64,000 nucleotides of DNA, from assembly GCA_965649225.1 (NCBI GenBank), contig CBFGJX010000010.1, positions 21,532 through 85,531 on the forward strand, written 5' to 3'. Within the stretch, counting starts at the first letter, position 1; each line of letters begins with the position of its first letter. Origin of the DNA: a candidate division WOR-3 bacterium. GTDB taxonomy: Bacteria; Hydrothermota; Tepidihabitantia; Tepidihabitantales; Tepidihabitantaceae. Below the pieces are notes generated by a model that saw nothing but the letters and a program-made list of their open reading frames with translations, did no database searches and was not told the DNA's origin. Shown here in pieces: positions 49,872-58,924 of this stretch. Both the position numbers and the translations under genes were made by a program.

Positions 49872-50729
49872 GTGACGATGCGCCGGGTTATTTTAGTGGC
49901 AGCCGCGCTGGTGGCCTGCATCTATACCGTCGAGGCGACCGACGAAATCGCGGTCGTTCATGCCGCCGCCGGCATCAGCGAACTGCGCATCAGTACGGCC
50001 AGCGGGGCAGTGACAGTGACGGCCGGTGGCGCCGATTCGGTTCTGGGCCGGGCCGAGCGGCACGCCTGGGGTCGCAATGAAACGGATGCCCGCGCGGCAC
50101 TGGCCGAGATTACCGTTACCGATACGGTAATCGGTACGGCAATCGAGCTGGCGGCGCGAATGAGCCACAGCCGCCGGCCACTGGGTTGCAGCTTTGCAGT
50201 AACGACGCCGGAGAGCATGGCGTTGACGGTTACCGCCACTTCCTCGCCGGTGACCGTGACCGGCCTGACCGGCGCGGTGAACGTTGCGACTTCGTCGGCC
50301 CCGGTGAGTGTGACCGGTACCCGGGGCAGCCTGAATCTGCGCACGAGTTCGGGCCGGATCGATTTGCTGGATACCGAAGGCGAGGCATGGCTTTTTACTC
50401 GTTCGGCGCCGGTGTCGGTGCGGGTGCACCGCGGCACGATTGACCTGCAGACTTCCAGCGCGCCGGTCCAGTGCGAGCTGGCGCGGCTCTCCCCCACCGA
50501 GTCGGCTCGACTGGTTACCAGCAACGGGTCAATCGAACTCTGGCTGCCGGCCGACGTGTCGGCAAGGGTGCGCTGTGCGACCGATCGCGGCATCATCACG
50601 CTGCACGGCTTTACCCCCAGGTTTGATACCCTGACCTCGACGCTGGTCGTGGCGGTAATCGGCAGTGGTGCATCCAGCGTTGAGCTGGCCACCAGCAACG
50701 GCGACATTACTGTCCGGGCGCGGCAGTGA
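49872..50729 (+). CDS. DUF4097 beta-strand-repeat lipoprotein
   Basis: Lipobox LVAC; repeated TSS/TSNG.I.V units. Confidence 0.85.
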   Translation: MTMRRVILVAAALVACIYTVEATDEIAVVHAAAGISELRISTASGAVTVTAGGADSVLGRAERHAWGRNETDARAALAEITVTDTVIGTAIELAARMSHSRRPLGCSFAVTTPESMALTVTATSSPVTVTGLTGAVNVATSSAPVSVTGTRGSLNLRTSSGRIDLLDTEGEAWLFTRSAPVSVRVHRGTIDLQTSSAPVQCELARLSPTESARLVTSNGSIELWLPADVSARVRCATDRGIITLHGFTPRFDTLTSTLVVAVIGSGASSVELATSNGDITVRARQ

Positions 50730-50860
50730 AGCGAGGAAAAATCGTCCGGGAGGAAATGAAGTCTAACAGAACTGATCAGCGAACGGGCTGTCATGTTTTC
50801 AGTACCGGCAGCGACAGCGGTCGGGCTAAAGCGAAGCCGTGAGCCCGGAAAGGAAGCGAA

Positions 50861-51187
50861 ATGGCTGATGTGAAGCATGTCAACGACACGACCTTCGAGA
50901 ATGAGGTAATCAAGTCCGACCTGCCGGTGCTGGTAGATTTCTGGGCGCCGTGGTGCGGCCCATGCCGGATGCTGGCGCCGATTGTCGATAATCTTGCCAC
51001 CAGATACGCCGGCCGGGTCAAGTTCTGCAAGGTAAATACCGATGAAAGCCCGAACACGCCGGGACGATACGATATCCACGGCATTCCGGCGCTGGTGATG
51101 TTCAAGAACGGCGCCGAAGTCGGCCGCCATGTCGGTTATGCCCCGGAATCGCAGATTGCCCAGTTTATTGAGAACTCAATCGGATAG
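50861..51187 (+). CDS. trxA: Thioredoxin
   Basis: VLVDFWAPWCGPC, GIP. Confidence 0.97.
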   Translation: MADVKHVNDTTFENEVIKSDLPVLVDFWAPWCGPCRMLAPIVDNLATRYAGRVKFCKVNTDESPNTPGRYDIHGIPALVMFKNGAEVGRHVGYAPESQIAQFIENSIG

Positions 51188-51271
51188 TCCGGTTCTGGCT
51201 GCGGTGCGTCCCGGCCGGTGCGCCGGGACGCAGCAGTTTGATTCGGGGCGCAGTTGCGCCGTTTTCTGCCG

Positions 51272-52678
51272 GTGAAGACGAATCGCTGTTCGGCGGCTTT
51301 TATCCGGGCACTGGTGGAACGAATTGACGCCGAACGGGTCATCACCGATCCGGAGCGGCTGAGCAGTTACGCCCGCGATGAAAGCAGTGAAGAGCCGCAT
51401 CAGCCCGATGCCGTGGTTCAGCCGATCAGCACCGATGAGGTTGCCGCAGTGCTGCGGCTTTGTGCCGGTGCCGGCGTGCCGGTAACGCCGCGCGGGCTGG
51501 GTACCGGTCTGACCGGCGGCTCGGTGCCGCTTGCCGGCGGACTGGTACTTTCACTGGAACTGATGAACCGGGTGCTGGCGGTGAGCGCGGCGGACATGGT
51601 TGTGCGTACTCAGCCCGGGGTTACCACCGGCCGCGTTGCCGCAGCCTGTGCCGAGGAGGGGTTGTACTATCCGGTTGACCCGGCCTCGCTGGATGATTGT
51701 TCCATCGGCGGTAACGTTGCCGAAAACGCCGGCGGCGCCCGTGCGTTCCGCTATGGTGTTACCGGCGACTGGCTGCGCGGTGTCGAGGCGGTGCTCGCCG
51801 ACGGCTCGGTAATCCGGCATGGCGGCGGCATTCACAAGAACACGGTCGGCTATGACCTCGCCCGGCTGCTGGTCGGCAGTGAGGGCACCATTGCCGTGAT
51901 TACCGAACTGGTACTGAAAGTGATTCCCCGGCCCCGCCGCACCGTTGACCTGCTGGTGCCGTTCGAGCGGATGAGCCAGGGACTGGAGCTGGTCGCGCGA
52001 GTGCTGGCGGACGAGCGAATCACGCCGGCCTGTGTCGAGTTTATCGAGCGGAAAGGTATCCGCGCCTGCAATCAGGTGCTGAAAAGCAGTCTCCCCTTTC
52101 CTGATGCCGAGGTGCAGCTTTTGATCGAGCTGGACGGCAACGAGCTCGAGCGCGTCAACGCCGACGCAGTGGCAATCGGCGAGCTGGCGCTGAAACTCGG
52201 TGCCCGTGAACCGCTGGTTGCCGGCGATGCCACCGACCAGGCGCGTATCTGGCAGGCCCGGCGCGAACTGCATAACGTGCTGAAAGCGGTCTGGGCCGGG
52301 CTGGCGACCGAAGACATCGTCGTGCCGCTGAGCGCGATTCCGGATACGGTCGATTACCTCGAACGGCTGGAGAAAAAGACCGGCCTGCCGATTGTTCCCT
52401 GGGGTCATATCGGTGACGGCAACATTCATGTCGGGTTCTGTCAGGACAGTTCGTTTGACCGGGCCGGTTTTCTCGCTGCCAAACGCGCGGCGGTGGCCGA
52501 GCTGGCTGAATTCATCCTCGCCCGTGGCGGGCAGATTTCGGCCGAGCACGGCATCGGCTCGACCAAGAAATGGCTGATGCCGCGCGCGGTCGGCGCCAAC
52601 GAGCTGGCGCTGATGCGCCGGCTCAAGGCGGCGCTGGACCCCAACAACATCCTCAATCCCGGCAAAATCCTGCCCTGA
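51272..52678 (+). CDS. FAD-linked oxidase (GlcD / D-lactate dehydrogenase family); start uncertain
   Basis: PRG.GTG..GG, SIGGNVAENAGG, GSEGT, GHIGDGNIH, AEHGIG, LNPGK. Confidence 0.93.
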   Translation: MKTNRCSAAFIRALVERIDAERVITDPERLSSYARDESSEEPHQPDAVVQPISTDEVAAVLRLCAGAGVPVTPRGLGTGLTGGSVPLAGGLVLSLELMNRVLAVSAADMVVRTQPGVTTGRVAAACAEEGLYYPVDPASLDDCSIGGNVAENAGGARAFRYGVTGDWLRGVEAVLADGSVIRHGGGIHKNTVGYDLARLLVGSEGTIAVITELVLKVIPRPRRTVDLLVPFERMSQGLELVARVLADERITPACVEFIERKGIRACNQVLKSSLPFPDAEVQLLIELDGNELERVNADAVAIGELALKLGAREPLVAGDATDQARIWQARRELHNVLKAVWAGLATEDIVVPLSAIPDTVDYLERLEKKTGLPIVPWGHIGDGNIHVGFCQDSSFDRAGFLAAKRAAVAELAEFILARGGQISAEHGIGSTKKWLMPRAVGANELALMRRLKAALDPNNILNPGKILP

Positions 52679-52857
52679 GTTTGAACGGCGCCGGCACTGA
52701 AGCGGCGACCGGTCGTGCTGTGGCTGCGATACCCCGGCCGGCGGGCCGGTTGCCATAACACTCTGACAACAATTCAGTTGCCGCGCTGCGCCCGGTGGAT
52801 GCCACTGACGGCGGGACACTGCGTTGACGCAGGCGCCGGGCGGCTTACAATTGCACT

Positions 52858-54105
52858 ATGAAAAGAATCGCGGCGGTTGTTCTTGCCAGCCTGTTTCTGG
52901 TCGTTTGTGCGCCGTCCAAAGGCCGCAGGGTTACCGTTACCTTCTGGCACGCGATGGGTGGTGAATCACAGAAAACACTGAAGGCGATGGTTGAGCGCTA
53001 CGAAAGTCTCAACCCCGGCGTGCGCATCGAGCTGGTGGGAATGGGCAACTATGATGCGCTGTCCCAGAAACTGATGGGAGCGGTTGCGGCCCAGAATCCG
53101 CCGACCATTGCGCAGATGTACGAAAGCTGGACCACCCAGCTTCTGGCCGGTGGTGAACTGGTATTTCTGGACAGCTTCGTTCACGGGCCGGAAGGCCTGA
53201 GTGATGAGGAACTGGCCGACATTTATCCGGCACTGCTGGCGAACAACTCCTGGGACGGCAGGCTGCTGACGCTGCCGTTCAACAAATCGGTGCCGACCTA
53301 TTACTGGAATGTGCCGATGTTTGCCGCCGCCGGTTACCACGAGTTTCCCCGCACCTGGCCGGAGTTTCGGGCCGCGCTGAAAAAGCTCACCCGGCGCGAC
53401 GCTCAGGGCAACGTGACAGTCTGGGGCGCAGCGGGCGGGACTGACATCTGGATTTTCGGTTCGATGCTGTTCCAGCGCGGCGGGCGGTTTGTCGACCGCG
53501 AGGACGGCGAGCCGGAGTTCAACTCCCCGGCCGGGGTGGCGGCACTGCAGTTTCAGGTTGACCTGATTCACAAGGACCGGGTGCAGAATACCGATGTCAG
53601 CCGGACGCCGATGGACGACTTTCTCACCGGCCGGATCGCGACACTGACCGGTTCCTCGACCTGGCGGGCGCCGGTTGTGGACAAAGAGACTTTCAAGGTT
53701 GGCATGGCGCCGGTGCCGCAGTGGGACAAGCCCGCGGCAATCATCTACGGCACCAACATAGGAATGTTCCGCCGGGCCCGGCCGGAAGAAAAGACGGCGG
53801 CGTGGCGGTTCATTAAATGGTTCATTGCCCCGGAACAGCAGGTCGAGTGGTCACTGGGCACGTGGTATGTGCCGATCCACCGCCGCTGTCTGGAAGACCC
53901 GCGGCTGAAGGCACGGCTGGACAGCACGCCGGGCATGCGCGAGTGCTACGGCCAGATGGAGGTGGCCGTATTCGAACCGCGCGGGTTGAAGTGGCTCGCC
54001 GGGCGCAAGGCACTGGTCGAGGAACTCGAGCAGGCAATGCTTGGCGCCAAGACACCCCAGCAGGCGCTGGACGATGCCGCCGCGCGCTACCGTCAGGCGC
54101 GCTGA
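52858..54105 (+). CDS. ABC transporter sugar-type substrate-binding lipoprotein (UgpB-like)
   Basis: Lipobox LVVC, TFWHAM, LPFNKS, AAWRFIKW. Leaderless TTGACG-N16-TACAAT-N6-ATG. Confidence 0.9.
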   Translation: MKRIAAVVLASLFLVVCAPSKGRRVTVTFWHAMGGESQKTLKAMVERYESLNPGVRIELVGMGNYDALSQKLMGAVAAQNPPTIAQMYESWTTQLLAGGELVFLDSFVHGPEGLSDEELADIYPALLANNSWDGRLLTLPFNKSVPTYYWNVPMFAAAGYHEFPRTWPEFRAALKKLTRRDAQGNVTVWGAAGGTDIWIFGSMLFQRGGRFVDREDGEPEFNSPAGVAALQFQVDLIHKDRVQNTDVSRTPMDDFLTGRIATLTGSSTWRAPVVDKETFKVGMAPVPQWDKPAAIIYGTNIGMFRRARPEEKTAAWRFIKWFIAPEQQVEWSLGTWYVPIHRRCLEDPRLKARLDSTPGMRECYGQMEVAVFEPRGLKWLAGRKALVEELEQAMLGAKTPQQALDDAAARYRQAR

Positions 54106-54198
54106 TACTGCTTGTGAAGCCCGCGATTCGGTCGCGCCGGATTGACGTGGCCGCGCCGGGGTCTATAGTTCATTAATGACCTTTACTGGAGGCAAGCT

Positions 54199-54969
54199 AT
54201 GAAGCTGAAGCTGCTCGCGCTCGCGCTCTGCCTGGCACCGGGCCTGGTCTTGGCGTGGCCCCAGCCGGGCGAGCCGGCCCCGGACGTGGCGGTGTCCGAC
54301 ACCGCCTGGGTGTCCCACACCTTCCCCGGCGAGTTCCGGGGCAAGGCCGTGTTCTTCATGTGCTGGCAGAGCACCTGACCGACCTGTCTCGCGGAGTTGC
54401 CGCGAATGCAGGTCATCCAGAACGATTTTGGCACCGACCGTCTGGCGGTAGTGGCGGTCAACCTCTGGCAGGATATGGAGAACGTCGTCAAGTACTATGC
54501 CCGGCAGTACACCTATACCCATTACCGCGACGGCGGGGCGCTGTGGAACATCTACAAGATGAACAACTACATCCCGTTGAACTACGTCATCGACTGGCAG
54601 GGGAACGTGGTCAACGGGATGGAGGGCTGGAACGAGGCCACCATCCGGTCCTGGATCGAGCAGGGCCTGCCGCCGACCGGCGTGGAAGAGAGGCCGGCCG
54701 TGATGGTGCGCGGGCTGACCGCGACCGCCGGGCCCAACCCGGTGCGCGAACAGGCATGGTTCCGGTTCAGCGCGCCGGCCGCAGCGCAGTACCGGCTCGG
54801 GGTCTATGCGCTCGATGGCACGCTCGTGCAGGAGTTCACGGGCTCGGCACAGGCGGGCGACAACAGCGTGAGCTGGCTGCGCGACGGTTCGGTTGCGCGC
54901 GGCGTGTACGCCTGGCGCCTGACCTGCGGCGCTGAGACCGTATCGGGCAAGCTCGTCGTTACCGACTAG
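54199..54969 (+). CDS. Secreted selenocysteine-containing TlpA/redoxin-family protein (UxxC) with T9SS-like CTD, 256 aa
   Basis: RBS GGAGG and ATG 54199; signal peptide; GEPAPD...FRGKAVFFMCWQST-TGA(54376-54378)-PTC, continuing in frame into ORF 54397-54969; cis-Pro motif YIP; CTD PNP...GVY...KLVV. Confidence 0.9.
54381..54414 (+). promoter_or_regulatory. Bacterial SECIS element
   Basis: gacctgt/gcaggtc lower stem, tcgcgg/ccgcga upper stem, apical loop AGUUG starting 16 nt after the UGA. Confidence 0.85.
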
Positions 54970-54984
54970 CTTCAATCCAATCCT

Positions 54985-55015
54985 CTGGCGGGGGTGGACA
55001 GGTCGCCCCCGCCAG
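54985..55015 (+). terminator. Hairpin after the selenoprotein gene (probable terminator)
   Basis: ctggcgggggtg ... cgcccccgccag; weak U tract. Confidence 0.6.
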
Positions 55016-55276
55016 TCATTCACTGCCAGTCACCGTGAGGCAAAGCCTTAAGGTCCTGCGCAGCACCGACTCGCATTGTGCCACACCCGCGGTTTTGTTC
55101 AGGGTAACGGCTGCCGTCAGGCGGGCGTCACCGGTGCGGTTTCAACCGACGGTCGAACCGGCGAAGGTCCGGGCAGACTGTCAAGCGGGTTGAGAGGGAA
55201 CCGGTCGAGATCCCGCTCAGAATGACCGTCAACCGGCCGGGTTCAATGCCTTGCAGGCCGAACGCAGAAGTGCGAG

Positions 55277-55530
55277 GGACGCAGCGACGCAAACGTCCAG
55301 TCAAACACAGTGAAAAGCGACGAAGCAGGCTGGCACCCAAACCGCCCTGGAAACGGGGGAGTCCATGACTGACCCGGGCGGCGTTGACCTGCAATCCTTT
55401 CGCTGATCTGCACTTGCACGATCGGACCGCCGCAAGGTCACTATAACCTTGGTTATAGTGGATCAGCGAGTGGTCAAAGAGGACTCGCACAGCTTCGTCG
55501 CATTACTCGACACGCGGGTGTGTCCTCTTG
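55277..55530 (+). ncRNA. Candidate structured non-coding RNA (family not recognised)
   Basis: Four nested perfect stems plus GAAA/GCAA tetraloop hairpins and a 10-bp palindromic hairpin. Confidence 0.5.
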
Positions 55531-55668
55531 TACGCTTGAGACCGGCGGCGATTCCCGCCCCACAACCTCAGGTTACACACCAGATGGTTCGATCTTCAGC
55601 GGGGCGGGCGTCGTTGTCCGCCCAGCTGCCTTTTGTTGACAGCCTGTGTCGGGGCGTTAGCTTTGCGC

Positions 55669-58035
55669 ATCAGAATCAGACAGCCGGGCCGAAATCAAAA
55701 GCCAAAGGCCAAACGCCAGAAGCCAAAACTGGTCGAGCAGACGTGCGCGTGCGCGCTCGGGCTCCTGTTGCTGTTGTCAGCCGGCGCGGCCGAGGCGGCA
55801 ACCGTCTACGGCTTCGTGCGGGATTCGGCAACGGGCGAGCCGCTGGCGTTCGCATCCGTCGATCTCTCTGACCGCAGCGCCGGGACCGCGAGCGAGCGCA
55901 ACGGGTACTACATCCTGTCCGGACTGCCTGCGGGCCGGGTGAAAGTCGTCTGGTCTTTGGTCGGGCATCGTGACCTGGAGCGGGAGTTCACGCTGGCCGA
56001 GAACGCGTCGGTGCGGGCCGACGTGCGGCTGGCAGTCGAGGCGATACCGCTGGGCGAGGTTACCGCGTCGGCCGCGCGGGAGCGGTTCCGGCGCGAGGTC
56101 GACATCGGCGTGCGGCGACTGGACCTGCCCGAGCTGAAGATTGCGCCGGGGTTCATCGAGCAGGACCTTTTCAAGTCGCTGCAGTCCCTGCCCGGCGTGC
56201 TGGCGGTGAGCGACTTCTCCAGCGCCTTGTATGTGCGCGGCGGGTCGCCGGACCAGAACCTCGTGCTCCTGGACGGTGTGACGGTCTACAACCCGTATCA
56301 CCTGGGCGGGCTATTCTCCACGTTTAATATGGACGCGCTGGCCGGGGCCGAGCTGAAGGCCGGGGCGTTTCCGGCCGAGTACGGCGGTGCGGTTTCGTCA
56401 ATCATCGACGTGGAGATGAAGCAGGGCAACAGCGAGCGGTACAGCGCGAAGTGGGACGTGGGACTGCTGACCTCGAAGGTGATGGTGGAGGGGCCGATTC
56501 CGCGCGGGTCGCTGCTGGTGGCGGGGCGGCGCACCTATATCGACGCGGTGACCTGGGCCATCGACAGGCTCATCCGCGATTCGACGGTCAGTGTCTACCT
56601 GCCGTACCATTTCTACGACCTGCAGGGCAAGCTGAACTTCGACGCCGGCGAGCGGGACCGGCTGACTTTCTCGGCTTACTCCGGGGACGATATCATCGAC
56701 ATCAGGGAGCAGTCTGACCGGCTGGCTTTCCTCTGGGGCAACTATGCGCTGGCGCTGAAGTGGCGGCACATTTTCTCGCCGAACCTGGTCGCGACGACGA
56801 TGGCGGTGCGCGGCCGCAACCGCGTGTCGCTGTCGCAGGAGTTCGTACCGCCGGACACGGCGTGGGGCGACACGAGCCGGGCCGAGCTGCGGTTCGGGGT
56901 GAGCGACTGGGGCGGAAGAAGCGACTGGACCCTGTTCCTCGATTCGTCGCACACGGTGCGGTTCGGCGCCGAGGCCAAGTCATTCGACCTGCGCAACTAC
57001 TTCAAGTCGGACACTGTGACCTTCTGGAACCAGCGGTCGCGGCCGATCCTGGCGGCGGCGTACGCGGCAGACAAGTGGCGGCCGATTGAGCCGCTGCTGG
57101 TGGACGCGGGGGTGCGGGCCGAGTACTTCTCGGGCGGAGGGTACTTCCGCGCGTCACCGCGCGTCGGGGCGAAGTACATTCTCGCCGAGGACTTCGCGCT
57201 CACCGCCGGCTGGGGCCTGTACTACCAGTACCTGAGCATTCCGTTCCCGCGCAACGACGAGCTTGTGAAACTGCCGGCGCTGTTTTTCCAGCAGTGGCTG
57301 CCGGCCGACTCGGCGCACGCGCCGGTCGCGGCGATGCACTGGGCCGCTGGCGCGCAGAAGGGTCTGGGCAGGGGATTCGACCTCGGGTTTGAGGCTTACT
57401 ACAAGTCGATGCGCAACCTGCTTGAGACCCGGTCGCCCCTGCCCGGCATCGGGCCGGACCCGGGCGGCGGCGAGGACAGCGCGACGCTTCTGGTCGGCAC
57501 GGGCTGGGCCGCCGGGGCCGAGGTGCTGCTGCGCCGGCAGGGCAGCTCGGTGAGCTACAGCCTCGCTTTCACGCGCCGGACCTTCGACTCGACCGCGTTC
57601 TGGCCGGTGTTCGACTCGCGCCACAACCTGAATCTCGCGCTGGCGCTGCCTTTGAAGCGCGGCTGGGCGATAACGAGCCAGTTCCTGCTGCGCAGCGGGT
57701 TTCCTTTTACCGGGCCGGTCGGCCAGTTCCAGTACGTCGGCGAGGACCCGGGCTGGCGCGGCGAGGAGACCGAGTGGTACTGGTGGACTCCGCTGGGCGG
57801 GCGGCGCGGCAACTACCGGCTGCCGGCGTATCACCGGCTCGACCTCGGGTTCGAGAAGCGGTTCCGGCTGTTGCGAGCCGACTGGGCGGTGTACCTGCAG
57901 GTGGTGAACGTCTACGCGGCGCGGAACGTGCTGTGGTATGACTACTACACCGACGAACAGGGCCGGATAACGCGCGAGCCATTCGTGCTGCTGCCGTTGC
58001 CGATACCGAGCCTGGGGATACGGGGAGGATTCTGA
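55669..58035 (+). CDS. TonB-dependent receptor with N-terminal carboxypeptidase-regulatory-like domain; start uncertain
   Basis: GFVRDSATGEPL, LPGV, VRGGSPDQN, AEYGG..SSI, LPAYHRLD, C-terminal Phe. Confidence 0.92.
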   Translation: MRIRQPGRNQKPKAKRQKPKLVEQTCACALGLLLLLSAGAAEAATVYGFVRDSATGEPLAFASVDLSDRSAGTASERNGYYILSGLPAGRVKVVWSLVGHRDLEREFTLAENASVRADVRLAVEAIPLGEVTASAARERFRREVDIGVRRLDLPELKIAPGFIEQDLFKSLQSLPGVLAVSDFSSALYVRGGSPDQNLVLLDGVTVYNPYHLGGLFSTFNMDALAGAELKAGAFPAEYGGAVSSIIDVEMKQGNSERYSAKWDVGLLTSKVMVEGPIPRGSLLVAGRRTYIDAVTWAIDRLIRDSTVSVYLPYHFYDLQGKLNFDAGERDRLTFSAYSGDDIIDIREQSDRLAFLWGNYALALKWRHIFSPNLVATTMAVRGRNRVSLSQEFVPPDTAWGDTSRAELRFGVSDWGGRSDWTLFLDSSHTVRFGAEAKSFDLRNYFKSDTVTFWNQRSRPILAAAYAADKWRPIEPLLVDAGVRAEYFSGGGYFRASPRVGAKYILAEDFALTAGWGLYYQYLSIPFPRNDELVKLPALFFQQWLPADSAHAPVAAMHWAAGAQKGLGRGFDLGFEAYYKSMRNLLETRSPLPGIGPDPGGGEDSATLLVGTGWAAGAEVLLRRQGSSVSYSLAFTRRTFDSTAFWPVFDSRHNLNLALALPLKRGWAITSQFLLRSGFPFTGPVGQFQYVGEDPGWRGEETEWYWWTPLGGRRGNYRLPAYHRLDLGFEKRFRLLRADWAVYLQVVNVYAARNVLWYDYYTDEQGRITREPFVLLPLPIPSLGIRGGF
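55692..55726 (+). repeat. Five degenerate 7-bp tandem repeats
   Basis: aaatcaa aagccaa aggccaa acgccag aagccaa. Confidence 0.7.
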
Positions 58036-58039
58036 GCCG

Positions 58040-58921
58040 ATGGCGAATCGCGATCGTGGAATGTCGTTGGCGCGGGTTGCGGCCGCCGTACTGGCAACGA
58101 TACTGCTGGTCGGGTGCGAGCCGAGCGTCGAGGATTACCTGCCCGAGCCGAACGTCTACTGCGTGGTGCGGGCGGGCAGCGATTCACTGCGCCTGCTGGC
58201 CGGGATGAGCATTGCCTACAAGGATTCGGTGCCGCAGTCCGGGCGCTGGAACGGTGTCACCGGGGTTGACGCGCGGGTGCGGGGCCGGGCGGGCGAGACC
58301 CTGCTGCTGCCGAAGCCGGACAGCACCGGGTACTACTTTGCGGCCGGGTTCGGGATTCAGGCCGGCGAGACCCTGCGGCTGGAGGCACGCTACCCGGGCG
58401 GCGAGGTCGTGCGCGGCAGCACGGCCGTGCCGGCGGAATTTCGCATCGAGCGGTTGGCCGTGGATACGGTGCTGGAGGTGCCGTGGCCGGGCGACACCTG
58501 GCCGTTGCTCCGGTTGCGCTTCGAGTGGAGCGAGAGCCGCAACGCTGCGAGCTATTCTGACCGGGTCACCGGGTACTACAGCGGCAACGGCCGGTTCGTT
58601 GAGCAGATCGGCTATGCCAACACCGCGATTGCGGGCCGGCGCGATTCGGCGCGTATCCAGCTATCAACGATCTACTGGGACACGCTCGGGCTCGAACCCG
58701 AGGAGGTCTGGCTTGATTCGGTGCGATTGTCGGTCGAGGCGCTCGACCGCAACCTGTACGACTACTGGCGATTCGGCTGGTGGCTGGGCGGAAGCAACCG
58801 GGAGTTGTTGCACCTTGACGGCGGGCTGGGTGTTTTCGGCTCGCGCACCGCGGCACCGGAGACAGTGGTGCCGGTTGTCACGCTCCGCCGGGCATTTGAC
58901 CGACGGCAAAGCGCCAATTAG
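58040..58921 (+). CDS. DUF4249-like lipoprotein partner of the TonB-dependent receptor
   Basis: Lipobox LVGC; C-terminal GGLGVFGS. Confidence 0.8.
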   Translation: MANRDRGMSLARVAAAVLATILLVGCEPSVEDYLPEPNVYCVVRAGSDSLRLLAGMSIAYKDSVPQSGRWNGVTGVDARVRGRAGETLLLPKPDSTGYYFAAGFGIQAGETLRLEARYPGGEVVRGSTAVPAEFRIERLAVDTVLEVPWPGDTWPLLRLRFEWSESRNAASYSDRVTGYYSGNGRFVEQIGYANTAIAGRRDSARIQLSTIYWDTLGLEPEEVWLDSVRLSVEALDRNLYDYWRFGWWLGGSNRELLHLDGGLGVFGSRTAAPETVVPVVTLRRAFDRRQSAN

Positions 58922-58924
58922 GAT

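Noticed and set aside
54376..54378. Genome-wide UGA reassignment (Trp/Gly) as the explanation for the in-frame TGA
   Set aside because: TGA ends many genes here (peroxiredoxin, FAD oxidase, TonB receptor), Trp is encoded by TGG, and this site aligns to a catalytic Cys with a SECIS hairpin.
55035..55060. c-di-GMP-I riboswitch (gcaaagcc)
   Set aside because: The preceding GCAAA...GAAA stem and the correct spacing are absent.
55185..55230. Cobalamin riboswitch upstream of the TonB receptor (agggaaccggt...atccc)
   Set aside because: Only a short resemblance; I found no GCCACTG or B12-box elements.
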